The notes: generated by a model not told the origin, from the sequence alone. A stretch of 64,000 bases of DNA from Candidatus Latescibacterota bacterium (GCA_021295655.1 JAGWBX010000024.1:8265-72264), one strand, 5' to 3'. Counted from the stretch's first letter, positions 49,713-60,313 are shown. Numbers and translations are program-made.

Positions 49713-49879
49713 CCTGTCGTCATGTGAATGACCTGTCGTAATCCGACGCGTGGATCCGCGAACAACGCGCTGACAAACGTCGCGCCAATACAGAACAACA
49801 GAACGATTCCGGGAATTGGCACCCCGGGCGGTTCTGCCATCCGACCGGGACGTGCGATTCTGAAGGAGGTAGCCGACAG

Positions 49880-51457
49880 ATGGATCAGTGGATTCTTTCA
49901 CTCTTGACCTTCGTTCCCGTGCTCGGTGCCGTGGTCATTCTGCTGATGCCCGGCAGGGCGGTCGATGCGATTCGCCGGGTCGCCCTCGCTGCGACCGGAA
50001 TTTGCCTTTTGCTGGCCATCTGGCTGTTTCAGGATTTCGATCGGTCTGTGCCCGGCATGCAGTATGAAGTGCGGCTTCCCTGGATCGAATCGTTCAACAT
50101 CCAGTATTATATGGGCATAGACGGCCTGAGTGTTTCAATGGTACTGCTGACGGCGTTGCTGGGTTTCCTTTGCGTGCCCGCCTCCTGGTCCATCAACCGT
50201 GGGGCTAAGGGATATTTCGCACTCTTTCTGCTGCTCGAGACCGGCATGCAGGGTGTGTTCGTATCGCTGGACTTCTTCCTGTTCTACGTGTTCTGGGAAG
50301 TGATGCTGTTGCCTATGTACTTCCTGATCGGAATCTGGGGAGGGCCCCGAAAGGAATACGCCGCCATCAAGTTTTTCCTTTATACACTGGCAGGAAGCGT
50401 ATTGTTGTTGCTGGTCATGCTCGCGTTTTACTTCAACGTCACCGATCCCGATACGGGCAAACATACATTCAATATGCTTGTCATGATGGACCAGGCCAAC
50501 CACTCGGAATGGCTTCGTGCCGGCATGATTTTCGGGTATTCGGCTCCCGTGGTCATCTGGATGGCCATGTTTATCGGATTCGCCATTAAAGTACCCCTGT
50601 TTCCGTTCCATACCTGGCTTCCCGACGCCCACGTCGAAGCGCCTACGGCCATCAGCGTCATTCTGGCGGGGGTACTCCTGAAGATGGGTACGTACGGTAT
50701 TCTGCGGTTCAATTACCCCATGTTGCCCGATGTCACACGCGACTTCAGTTATTTTCTGGCCGTGATCGGGGTCATCAACATCATCTATGGCGCACTCGTT
50801 GCAATGGCGCAGACGGATCTGAAGAAACTGGTGGCGTATTCCAGTATCAGCCACATGGGTTTTGTGATGCTTGGCATGTCGTCGTTCACGCCCCATGGAA
50901 TCAACGGGGCGGTCTTTCAGATGTTTAATCACGGCACCATCACGGCGATGTTGTTTCTGCTGGTTGGCGTCATTTACGATCGGGCGCATCACCGGTATAT
51001 TGTCTATCCCAATGATTACGAAGATCCGGATTTGCGCGGGAAACTGGGATTCGGGGGGTTGTGGTCGCACATGCCTGTGTACGGCAGCCTGACGATGGTG
51101 GCATACTTCGCCGCGCTGGGTCTTCCCGGCCTTTCCGGGTTTATCAGCGAAGCGCTCTGTTTCCTGGGCGCATTTCAGGTCCACCGCACCATGACAATCC
51201 TGGGTACCCTGGGCGTGCTCCTTGGAGCGGCGTACATGCTCTGGGCCTTTCAGCGTCTGTTCATGGGGCCGTTCAACGAACGGTGGAAAGATCTGCCTGA
51301 AATCAACGGGCGCGAGATTTTCAGCCTGGCTCCGCTGGCGGTCATCGTTATTGTCCTGGGCATCTATCCCACGCCGGTACTGGATCTGCTGGCGCAGTCG
51401 CTCGGAGAGCTTGTAAAGGACCTGAACGGACCGGTTATGTCCGCATTGCAGCGGTAG
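49880..51457 (+). CDS. nuoM: NADH-quinone oxidoreductase subunit M
   Basis: 'FWEVMLLPMYFLIGIWGG' and 'PFHTWLPDAHVEAPTA' are present. Confidence 0.95.
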   Translation: MDQWILSLLTFVPVLGAVVILLMPGRAVDAIRRVALAATGICLLLAIWLFQDFDRSVPGMQYEVRLPWIESFNIQYYMGIDGLSVSMVLLTALLGFLCVPASWSINRGAKGYFALFLLLETGMQGVFVSLDFFLFYVFWEVMLLPMYFLIGIWGGPRKEYAAIKFFLYTLAGSVLLLLVMLAFYFNVTDPDTGKHTFNMLVMMDQANHSEWLRAGMIFGYSAPVVIWMAMFIGFAIKVPLFPFHTWLPDAHVEAPTAISVILAGVLLKMGTYGILRFNYPMLPDVTRDFSYFLAVIGVINIIYGALVAMAQTDLKKLVAYSSISHMGFVMLGMSSFTPHGINGAVFQMFNHGTITAMLFLLVGVIYDRAHHRYIVYPNDYEDPDLRGKLGFGGLWSHMPVYGSLTMVAYFAALGLPGLSGFISEALCFLGAFQVHRTMTILGTLGVLLGAAYMLWAFQRLFMGPFNERWKDLPEINGREIFSLAPLAVIVIVLGIYPTPVLDLLAQSLGELVKDLNGPVMSALQR

Positions 51458-51531
51458 GGGCGTGAAGAAAAATTGGATCTTCCGGGTCTTCGCTGCGTTT
51501 TGGGCCCGATATCGATAGGAGGTGCGATCCT

Positions 51532-53061
51532 TTGGCTGAGGCCATTAAATACGCGATCGCGGTGAATCTGGACGGCCTGCAATATATCTGGCCGGAGATC
51601 ATCATTACGGTTGCAATTATAGGCATCGTGACCGTCGATCTGATCCTGACCGCCAGGAAAAAGGCGTTGTTGACGGGACTGACGCTGCTTGTTCTTGTGG
51701 CCTGTCTGTTTTCGATCGCGGATTTGTACGACGAGCCGCCCAGGTCGCTGTTCATGGGCATGATCGCCCTGGATGGTTTTGCCCTGTTCTTCAAGCTTGT
51801 CATCGTGGTCACGACCATCCTGGTCACGCTGTTCGGCCTGCAATCGCGGGACATCGACGCCGACCGCATGGGTGAATTCTACGCGCTCTTTCTTTCTGTC
51901 GGGCTGGGCGGCTTTCTGATGGCCGGCGCGACCAATCTGCTGATGATGTATCTTGCCCTCGAACTCGTCAGTCTGCCTTCCTATGTGCTGGCGGGGTATC
52001 AGAAACGGGTCCGGCGATCCAACGAGGCGGCGCTTAAATATGTCGTCTACGGCGGGGTGTCGTCCGGTATCATGCTCTACGGATTCTCACTGATTTACGG
52101 CCTGACGGGTACTCTGGATATCTACGGAATTGCCGCGCGCCTGGGAACCACCGCACCATATGAACTGACGTTGTTTCTCGGCGCGACGCTCGCGATGGCC
52201 GGTTTCGGATACAAGGTGGCTTCGGTACCGTTTCACTTCTGGTGTCCTGACGTCTACGAAGGTGCGCCGACTCCGGTGACGGCGTTTTTCTCAGTCGCGC
52301 CGAAGGCGGTAGGATTCGCCATGCTGGCGCGGTTCTTTTACGTGGGACTTTCCGCTTTTGACGGTGCGTCGGGCACGGGCGTCGCGTTAGGTGTGGCATG
52401 GCCGCAGTTACTCGCTCTCATTTCGGCTTTTACAATGACACTGGGCAATCTGACGGCCATTTGGCAGCGCAACCTGAAAAGGCTGCTTGCGTACTCCAGT
52501 ATCGCCCACGCGGGCTATATGATGATGGGTGTGGTGATGTTGTCGTCCGCGGGCCTGAAGGCAGTGATGTTTTACGCAGGCGCCTATCTGTTTATGAACC
52601 TGGGTGCGTTTCTGGTTGTTCTGCTGTTGGCCGAAAGAATTGGAAGCGAGGACATCGCGGATTACAGCGGCCTGGGGTGGCGGTCGCCCTGGATTGCGTT
52701 GACGATGTCTGCGTTTCTTTTTTCTCTTACGGGACTGCCGCCAACCGCCGGTTTTGTCGGGAAGGTGTATCTGTTTGCCGCCGTTGTAGATGGTGGGCTC
52801 TACTGGTTGGCGGTCGTGGGTGCGCTCAACAGTGCCGTTTCCTTGTATTATTATGCGAGGGTTGTGCGCGCCATGTACCTCGAGAAGCCCCGCTCAGATA
52901 CACCTGTCGCCATATCCCGGTTCGCCACGGCAACTCTGGCCGTATTGTTTGTGGGTACGCTGCTGTTTGGCGTCTACTGGGCGCCGCTGGCCGATCTGGC
53001 CGAAACGTCTACCGCGATCTTCCTGAACGGAGGGGATGCCGTTCAGGCCATGATGCGGTAA
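51532..53061 (+). CDS. nuoN: NADH-quinone oxidoreductase subunit N
   Basis: 'LELVSLPSYVLAG' and 'PFHFWCPDVYEGAPTPVTAF' are present. TTG start, 9 nt after GGAGG. Confidence 0.9.
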   Translation: MAEAIKYAIAVNLDGLQYIWPEIIITVAIIGIVTVDLILTARKKALLTGLTLLVLVACLFSIADLYDEPPRSLFMGMIALDGFALFFKLVIVVTTILVTLFGLQSRDIDADRMGEFYALFLSVGLGGFLMAGATNLLMMYLALELVSLPSYVLAGYQKRVRRSNEAALKYVVYGGVSSGIMLYGFSLIYGLTGTLDIYGIAARLGTTAPYELTLFLGATLAMAGFGYKVASVPFHFWCPDVYEGAPTPVTAFFSVAPKAVGFAMLARFFYVGLSAFDGASGTGVALGVAWPQLLALISAFTMTLGNLTAIWQRNLKRLLAYSSIAHAGYMMMGVVMLSSAGLKAVMFYAGAYLFMNLGAFLVVLLLAERIGSEDIADYSGLGWRSPWIALTMSAFLFSLTGLPPTAGFVGKVYLFAAVVDGGLYWLAVVGALNSAVSLYYYARVVRAMYLEKPRSDTPVAISRFATATLAVLFVGTLLFGVYWAPLADLAETSTAIFLNGGDAVQAMMR

Positions 53062-53595
53062 TACGGTGTGCCGGACTGTGAGGAGCGGATCCGATATGGA
53101 CCGTATCATGTAAGTTCCGGTTTTTTTTGGCACAGACACGATTACGGCCCCGCGATCCTGAATCGCGGGGCCGCTTTCTTCGAACCCGGTTTTGAACGCT
53201 ATCCCCAGGCCTTTCCGCTGGCGCTTCTTTTCTTTTTTCTCAGATCGCCTTCGTCCCAGGGTTCTAAGGTAGCTCAATAGAGAGATTTCAGCTTCCTTTG
53301 CATTGAGCTTGTGGGTGTCGCACAATCGCTTGATCATTGCGGCCACGGACGTGCGGCCGTCACACATATTCCAGACCTGAGAGCCGATCTCATCAAGGAC
53401 CAGCGTTCGTTTTTCAGGCACCCAGAATATCTTGGAAAGGATCTTCACCTTAGTGGTATCCGCGCGCCTCAATGTAATGGTCACTTCGTCGTCTTTGTTC
53501 GTTTTCCATTCCAACTGGCTGTTCCGGGCAGGTTTGGAGTTGAACATCGCCTCCCGGCTGATCTTGGGCTGTCTCTTCAAGGAGAACAAGGACAT
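52894..53595 (-). CDS. PqqD-like (RRE-fold) domain protein; C-terminal ~100 codons doubtful
   Basis: 'LVLDEIGSQVWNMCDGRTSVAAMIKRLCDTHKLNAKEAEISLLSYLRTLG' is PqqD-like. The ORF then runs through the nuoN terminator hairpin and 168 nt antisense into nuoN. Confidence 0.5.
   Translation of the reverse strand: MSLFSLKRQPKISREAMFNSKPARNSQLEWKTNKDDEVTITLRRADTTKVKILSKIFWVPEKRTLVLDEIGSQVWNMCDGRTSVAAMIKRLCDTHKLNAKEAEISLLSYLRTLGRRRSEKKEKKRQRKGLGIAFKTGFEESGPAIQDRGAVIVSVPKKTGTYMIRSISDPLLTVRHTVLPHHGLNGIPSVQEDRGRRFGQIGQRRPVDAKQQRTHKQYGQSCRGEPGYGDRCI
53146..53180 (+). terminator. hairpin terminator candidate after nuoN
   Basis: GGCCCCGCGA-tcctgaa-TCGCGGGGCC is a perfect 10-bp stem, followed by GCTTTCTT. 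A separate T8 run lies at 53121-53128. Confidence 0.5.
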
Positions 53596-53634
53596 ATGAC
53601 TTCCCCGGGTTCAGGGATAGAGACGGGCCGTCCG

Positions 53635-54603
53635 TTAGTGTTCCGTGCACTCCGGAACGGCATCCTGGTGGCAGATCACGGAGCGGCGGGCATTTTCAAT
53701 GTCGGCCGCGTCCTTCTGTTTCTTGTAGTAGGTGTGAACCGCGTATATCTTGTTTACTTGATTACAGATCCAGACGCGGGCTTCCATATTCAGACGCGGC
53801 CTGACATTCCAGAAAGGTAGAGGCATCAGCAAGCCCCGCCAGCGGCTCTTGGGTTTTCCGCGAAGTAGCAGACCAGGATGGCTGCCGACACTGGACTCGC
53901 GGGCGTCCAGATTGACCTGCCGCAGGCTTTTGCGGAAAAATTCCTGATACCAGTCCAGGAGTGTGCGTCGCTTCAGGAGTACCTGGGCAAGGCTGAGCCG
54001 GTCAACCTGAAGGATATTCTGGCCGTGCTGAAAACAGAGTCGAAGATGTCCGGACTTGAGGTCGTAGGTTTCAAGGGAAAACAGGGGAGGCGATGAACAC
54101 ACGAGGTCGTATAGCGCCCAGGTTCTGTGACCGTCGGGTGAGGTATCCCGGATCGAGTTCAGAATCCTGCTGATATTCTCCCGCGCATCCTCCTCCGGTT
54201 TTGTCCGGATTCTGACGAACAGGAGCCTGTCGGAACGCAGGCTGTAGAATGCCAGCGCGTGGACCCGGTACTCAGCCTGCCAGGCGAAAAAGACTGGAGA
54301 ACGCGCATCGGGCAGATCAATCCACCCTGCATCGGGATTGCGGTTGATATCGATGCGTTTCTTTTCCTTGCCGGCGCTCTGGGTGAGTCCATCGACAAAG
54401 CGGTCCACGATTGGCGCGACTCGCTCGTCTCCCCGGGCATCCTTCCACTCAATTTCCAGTCTGGCCAGTGTGGGGTCATCCAGGCGAACGCTACCTGCCT
54501 TGAAATCGCCCGTTATCTTGCCGGGATTCCACTCCAACGGCACCTCGAGTGTCAGCCCGTGCCACCCGAACAGGGACCAGTCTGAATAACGTAAGGGCTT
54601 CAA
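53635..54603 (-). CDS. hypothetical protein (322 aa), no recognisable family
   Basis: TTG start 9 nt after AGGAGG ('MKPLRYSDWSLFGWHG'). The upstream part of ORF 54837 is repeat R1-D. Confidence 0.5.
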   Translation of the reverse strand: MKPLRYSDWSLFGWHGLTLEVPLEWNPGKITGDFKAGSVRLDDPTLARLEIEWKDARGDERVAPIVDRFVDGLTQSAGKEKKRIDINRNPDAGWIDLPDARSPVFFAWQAEYRVHALAFYSLRSDRLLFVRIRTKPEEDARENISRILNSIRDTSPDGHRTWALYDLVCSSPPLFSLETYDLKSGHLRLCFQHGQNILQVDRLSLAQVLLKRRTLLDWYQEFFRKSLRQVNLDARESSVGSHPGLLLRGKPKSRWRGLLMPLPFWNVRPRLNMEARVWICNQVNKIYAVHTYYKKQKDAADIENARRSVICHQDAVPECTEH

Positions 54604-54623
54604 GTGACGCCACCTCCTACCAG

Positions 54624-54780
54624 GCAACCCGTTGAAAAAGCTCAACCGGGCTGCCTGCCTGTGCGGTGCACGCAGACAGGCGGCCGGCTCGCGTGGCCGA
54701 ATGACTTCGTTGCGCTCCCTCGCCGAATCCAACAGGTCGACTCGGTCTCGCCTGTGGAGCGACTTTACCAACGGACTACT
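54624..54780 (-). repeat. R1-D: full-length hairpin element in a 5' leader
   Basis: The minus strand reads tAGTCCGTTGGTAAAGTCGCTCcaCAGGCGAGaCCGAGTC...(about 90 nt)...AGCCCGGttGaGCTTTTTCAACGGGtTGC, ending 20 nt before the TTG start. Confidence 0.65.
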
Positions 54781-54805
54781 GGAGAGCCAGTGCGCAGGAT
54801 GGATA

Positions 54806-54833
54806 AATATACCTAACCCGACACACCTGTCAA
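54806..54833 (-). promoter_or_regulatory. sigma70-like promoter TTGACA-16-TATATT (minus strand)
   Basis: -35 at 54828-54833 and -10 at 54806-54811. It would start transcription about 20 nt upstream of R1-D. Confidence 0.5.
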
Positions 54834-54991
54834 GCACTTTATGTTTTACCTAAGTATAGGTTTTGCAGTGATTTGCAATTGAACTTAGAGGTGACGTCGT
54901 GTGGATTTTCCGTTTGGCGAGAGTAATCGTCCAATGACAGATCGACCTTTCTTGCCGCAGAGCCAGGGCGCCTCGCCGCACAAAACAGATG

Positions 54992-55020
54992 TTGACGAAT
55001 GAACTAATGTTCACTATATT
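54992..55020 (+). promoter_or_regulatory. lexA promoter TTGACG-17-TATATT with an embedded SOS box
   Basis: -35 at 54992-54997 and -10 at 55015-55020. GAACTAATGTTC (55001-55012) lies within the spacer. Confidence 0.6.
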
Positions 55021-55118
55021 CAAATGAGCAGTGTCCATGTTCGCGTGCCGGAATTGGAACGAGCAGGCCGGTTTTTTCGGATTTTGAAAAGAGCGTTTGG
55101 CTTTTGAGGAGATGCGCG

Positions 55119-55748
55119 ATGCGTCATAAGCTGACGGACAGGCAGAGGGAAATCTACGAATTTATCGCCCGGACGATACGGGATGGCGGCGCCCCTCCTA
55201 CTATTCGGGAGACCATGGATGCCTTCAACATTGCTTCCACCAATGGTGTGCGAACCACGCTGGCCGCTCTTGAAAAAAAGGGTTACATCCGGAGGCGTCC
55301 GATGGTGTCGCGGGGTATCGAGCTTACGGACTATATGGAACGCGACGTTCCCGGGGTATCCGGGTCGCGGGACGTGCCGGTAATTGGACGCGTGGCTGCC
55401 GGGGAGCCCATTCTGGCAACCGAAAACGTGGAGAGTACAGTGGCTATCGATCGTTCCTTTCTGCCGTCGGAGGACGTTTTCGTTCTTCGGGTCAAAGGCG
55501 AGAGCATGCGCGATGCAGGCATTCTGGACGGAGACTATGTGCTGGCGCGACATCAGGAAACGGCGAGCCCTGGGGAGATTGTGGTGGCGGTAATCGGAGA
55601 GGAGGCAACCGTCAAGCGATATTTCCCCGAGGCAGGCCGTGTACGGCTCATCCCGGAAAACGAAGCTTTCGAGGCCATTGTGGTGCAACCAGGCCGCGAC
55701 GAGTTCCGCATTGCAGGCAAGATTGTGGGCCTGATGCGTCGATTCTGA
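55119..55748 (+). CDS. lexA: LexA repressor
   Basis: The wHTH 'PTIRETMDAFNIASTNGVRTTLAALEKKGYI', cleavage site 'VAAGEP', and catalytic 'GESM' and 'VKRY' are present. Confidence 0.9.
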   Translation: MRHKLTDRQREIYEFIARTIRDGGAPPTIRETMDAFNIASTNGVRTTLAALEKKGYIRRRPMVSRGIELTDYMERDVPGVSGSRDVPVIGRVAAGEPILATENVESTVAIDRSFLPSEDVFVLRVKGESMRDAGILDGDYVLARHQETASPGEIVVAVIGEEATVKRYFPEAGRVRLIPENEAFEAIVVQPGRDEFRIAGKIVGLMRRF

Positions 55749-55780
55749 GATTATCTGAACGCACCGGCCCTGAATTTTCG

Positions 55781-55808
55781 CCTCTCTCGAATTCGAGGGG
55801 GGTTTTTC
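55781..55808 (+). terminator. intrinsic terminator after lexA
   Basis: CCTCTCTCGAATTCGAGGGGGG forms a stem of about 9 bp including G-U pairs, followed by TTTTT. Confidence 0.6.
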
Positions 55809-55931
55809 TATGGTTCTGTCGATTCATTGCAAATGGAGGGTTTCGTACCCGCCTGTCGACGCTCTTTCCTCAGTGAGCGGTCAAGGAGAACCAACCACCT
55901 GGTTTTCGAAATCCGCTCATGGCTTTTGGAT

Positions 55932-57074
55932 TTATCCGGTACGAACCGGCTTCCGGACATAGTGTTTTCCAGGTCGTTGCTCGGCGATGCCGGCCAGCTC
56001 CAGAGACAGAAGTACAGAGAGCACGCTGGCGGACGGCAAATCCGTACGTTCGGCAATGGCATCGATATGGGCCGGCAAGTCAGGCGAAAGGCATTCATAG
56101 ACCTGGCGTTCCCGTTTCGAGAGTTCCGGGAGTTCTGTCGCCGGCTTCGGACGGGTATTCCGTGGCGGAATTCGCGACAGGTGCGGACGAAGTTCATCCA
56201 GAATGTCCTCCACCGATTGAACCAGAACGGCGCCCTGCCTGATCAGCCGGTTTGTACCGCGGCTTCGACCCGAATGAACCGGACCTGGAATGGCGAAGAC
56301 CTCCCGGTTCTGGTCAAGCGCCAGCCGGGCGGTTATTAACGCGCCACTGCGTTCACCCGCCTCGATAACAAGGACGCCAAGGCTGAGCCCGCTGATGATT
56401 CTGTTGCGACGAGGAAAGTTGTGGGCTTCCGCGGATGCGCCCATAGGGAATTCGGAAAGCGTAGCTCCGGTTTCGTTGATGATATGGAACAGGTCCCTGT
56501 TCTGTGGCGGATACGGCCTGTCCAGCCCGCTACCCAATACCGCCACGGTGTATCCCCGTTCCGCAAGCGCGCCCCGGTGGACGTGAGTATCGATACCGGT
56601 GGCCAACCCGCTAACCACCGTAATCCCTCGACGAACGAGTTCTCCGGAGATCTGAAAAGCAACTTCTCGTCCGTAGGACGTGAATGAGCGAGAGCCCACA
56701 ATTGCGACGGTGGGTTGCGCACAAACATCTATTTTTCCAAGCACATAGAGGATTGGGGGCGGCGCGTTAGTTTCTCGGAGATAGGCTGGATAGTCGGGAC
56801 ACTGCCGCGTCAGCCGACGAACACACCCATCATCTGCGCGTTGAAGTTGTTCTTCAGCCCACGCCGGGTCCCGCTCCTCCGGACCAATGCCGGGCGCCGT
56901 GCACAAACGTTCGCGGGTTGCACGCAATACCTCGCCGGGGCTGCAAAACTGACGAAGCAATGCGGAAAACGCGACGGGTCCGAGCCCGGAGACCGAATGA
57001 AGCGTCAACCAGTCTAGGATATCTTTGGACATCTTGGCCGGGAAAGCCCCTCGTGCCGCAATCATAGACGGCAT
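55932..57074 (-). CDS. dprA: DNA-processing protein DprA
   Basis: 'VAIVGSRSFTSYG', 'VVSGLATGIDT', 'GSGLDRPYPPQN' and 'PRRNRIISGLS' are present. Confidence 0.85.
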   Translation of the reverse strand: MPSMIAARGAFPAKMSKDILDWLTLHSVSGLGPVAFSALLRQFCSPGEVLRATRERLCTAPGIGPEERDPAWAEEQLQRADDGCVRRLTRQCPDYPAYLRETNAPPPILYVLGKIDVCAQPTVAIVGSRSFTSYGREVAFQISGELVRRGITVVSGLATGIDTHVHRGALAERGYTVAVLGSGLDRPYPPQNRDLFHIINETGATLSEFPMGASAEAHNFPRRNRIISGLSLGVLVIEAGERSGALITARLALDQNREVFAIPGPVHSGRSRGTNRLIRQGAVLVQSVEDILDELRPHLSRIPPRNTRPKPATELPELSKRERQVYECLSPDLPAHIDAIAERTDLPSASVLSVLLSLELAGIAEQRPGKHYVRKPVRTG

Positions 57075-57262
57075 GCTGGCGTGGTGTATGGCGGGTTCAG
57101 TTTAGCTGTATGCAAAAGAAGTACCAGGAAAAAAACCGGGAATTGTTGCGCAGGAGACATGGTGCGGTGAACGGTGTTTTCAGATGCGGTATCGGGTACG
57201 AAAGAATATTGCAGGACACCGTGAGAGGGGGGTATTGTCGGGCAGGCGATGCCGGTGAGGGA

Positions 57263-58327
<1,065 letters not shown>

Positions 58328-58383
58328 TCATCCGCCTGTCTGCGTGCGTGAGATAGCACGCACAGGCAGGCCGATTTATTCCG

Positions 58384-58860
58384 TCAGGCGAACGTCGCCT
58401 TCAGTCGTTTCTCAACCGCCGGCGGCACGAAAGCGGTCACATCGCCTCCAAAACGCGCGATTTCCCGAACAAGCGTGGAGTTGAGATAGGCATATTGCAG
58501 ACTGGGCATCAGATAGAGGACTTCCAACCGGGGTTCCATCTGACGGTTGGCAACCGCCATTGCAATTTCCAGTTCGTATTCCGTCGTTGTGCGCAGACTG
58601 CGTACAACGGTGAAGACGCCGCTCTTTCTGGCAAAGTCAACGAGCAATCCACTGTACTTCGTGACTTCCACGTTGGGACAGTTTGACGAGACTTCCTGAA
58701 TCATGCGTACACGTTCATCTGGCGGGAACAGAGGGCGTTTCTCAGGATTCAGGCCCACGGCGACGATCAGCCGGCTGCAGATCTTCGCCGTTCGTTCGAT
58801 CAGGTCCAGATGGCCGAATGTCACAGGATCGAAGGTGCCGGGATAGATCGCCGCGTTCAT
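58384..58860 (-). CDS. coaD: phosphopantetheine adenylyltransferase
   Basis: 'AIYPGTFDPVTFGHLDLIER' and 'RSLRTTTEYE' are present. Confidence 0.9.
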   Translation of the reverse strand: MNAAIYPGTFDPVTFGHLDLIERTAKICSRLIVAVGLNPEKRPLFPPDERVRMIQEVSSNCPNVEVTKYSGLLVDFARKSGVFTVVRSLRTTTEYELEIAMAVANRQMEPRLEVLYLMPSLQYAYLNSTLVREIARFGGDVTAFVPPAVEKRLKATFA

Positions 58861-59810
58861 AATCGCTCCTTCGCAAGGTTCATGTAAGCCAGTCCTGCCG
58901 TAATGCTGAAGGCAGACTGGTTCACCAGGAAATGCCGCTGTGATTCCTGGAGCGTCTCGGTTGTGCAGTTCGAAAAGGGCAGGAGGGACTCGAGTCTTTG
59001 CCCGCCGGCCGTCTCTATGCGTTGGCTAAGGGTCGCGATCTGATGTTCTTCGCCGCATAACAGTATACGATCAAATTCGGATCTGTTCCGGTTGGACTGT
59101 CGCCGCCTGTTGAGCCATCGGCGTATGATGAGGTCGGTTCCTTCCACGTTCGTTGAGTTGCGCAAGGACTCAGGTGGCAACCCGTTAACTTCCCGCGTGT
59201 TTTTCACGCAGACAGCCTCTGCCGAAACCAGATTGCCCGATTGCGTCGCCACAAAATAGAGCCAGGGATGTACGCCCATGACGGCGGCGCTGGACCCGGC
59301 CCGGCCTTTCGCCAGCAGACTGGCGTAAAACAGTCCGATGGGATCGGCTTCGATCCGGTACTCCCTCACGCGTAACGACGAGAGCAATTCAGAACAGAAT
59401 TCGACAACCTCCCTGGGAATGGCAATCCAGAACGCTGTTCGCCCGACGGCGAGGTAATCAACGACATACCTGTCGATGGGGTCGACCAGCGTCTGCGCCG
59501 CCTCCCACATGATGTGTTCCTGCCGGTCGTCGGACGAAGCCAGCTCCAGCGGGGTCTTTTGCACGTGAAAGAAGCCGCCTCCCAGTGAGATTACAACGGC
59601 CCCCGGAACTTCTTGAACCTGCGCGAATGCATGCTGCAGACCTTCCGAAATGCATTGCCGTACTCGCGGTTGAACGGGCCACTGCGGCAGAACAGGCGCG
59701 ATCAGCCGGGTCTCGAATAACGCACAGAGACGGTATCCCGACTGCGTGCGTTCCAGGCAGGCCAATCGAAGCAAATCACCGGCGATCTGAATCCCCGTTG
59801 CCCTGTTCAT
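58857..59810 (-). CDS. hypothetical protein (weak PilM/actin-like resemblance)
   Basis: 317 aa. ATGA overlaps at both ends couple it to comEA and coaD. The family call is tentative. Confidence 0.4.
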   Translation of the reverse strand: MNRATGIQIAGDLLRLACLERTQSGYRLCALFETRLIAPVLPQWPVQPRVRQCISEGLQHAFAQVQEVPGAVVISLGGGFFHVQKTPLELASSDDRQEHIMWEAAQTLVDPIDRYVVDYLAVGRTAFWIAIPREVVEFCSELLSSLRVREYRIEADPIGLFYASLLAKGRAGSSAAVMGVHPWLYFVATQSGNLVSAEAVCVKNTREVNGLPPESLRNSTNVEGTDLIIRRWLNRRRQSNRNRSEFDRILLCGEEHQIATLSQRIETAGGQRLESLLPFSNCTTETLQESQRHFLVNQSAFSITAGLAYMNLAKERL

Positions 59811-60193
59811 GGACTGCCTGTCGTAATCTTCGTACCCAGTCTTTCCAGCGTTTTTTTTCCGATTCCCTTTACACGGGACAGATCGTCCACGGACTTGAAC
59901 GGGCCGCGTTGATTTCTGTCGTCCACAATTCGACGGGCGATTTTAGGGCCGATGCCCGGCAGGCGTGTCAGCTGTCCTGCTGAAGCCCGGTTCAGATCGA
60001 TTGGCCCGGTGTGCTGCTCTACAGATTCAGTTTCAGCCGGCCGATCGGGAACAGGTACAGCACCCTTTTTGACGTGAAAGTCCGGAAGATCCCGGTCGCC
60101 GTAACGTTCAACCAGGTTGACCGCCCCGCCGATCAGCAATGCGGCGGTCAGACCCAGTAACACAAACCGTTCCTTGCGATTGAAGGAAAACAT
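59807..60193 (-). CDS. comEA: ComEA family helix-hairpin-helix DNA-binding protein
   Basis: N-terminal TM segment, then 'IDLNRASAGQLTRLPGIGPKIARRIVDDR...FKSVDDLSRVKGIGKKTLE'. Confidence 0.8.
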   Translation of the reverse strand: MFSFNRKERFVLLGLTAALLIGGAVNLVERYGDRDLPDFHVKKGAVPVPDRPAETESVEQHTGPIDLNRASAGQLTRLPGIGPKIARRIVDDRNQRGPFKSVDDLSRVKGIGKKTLERLGTKITTGSP

Positions 60194-60234
60194 ACGAACT
60201 CCGTCAGAGGTGGTGGGGACCGGTGGAGGCTTAA

Positions 60235-60268
60235 CAGTCCGTTGATAAAGTCGCTCTGCAGGCGAGGC
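60235..60268 (+). repeat. R1-B: left-arm half copy (34/34 identical to R1-A)
   Basis: Reads CAGTCCGTTGATAAAGTCGCTCTGCAGGCGAGGC with no right arm nearby. It is the only copy antisense to the flanking genes. Confidence 0.6.
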
Positions 60269-60313
60269 ATGGTGTCCCCTCCCGGAAAAAACGAATCAAG
60301 GTTAAATCGCCTT

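Noticed and set aside
53070-53130. A first terminator candidate after nuoN, ending in a T8 run (53121-53128).
   Set aside because: I could not find a convincing stem immediately upstream; the best is CCGGA/TCCGG with a loop of about 35 nt. The perfect 10-bp hairpin at 53146-53172 is the better candidate.
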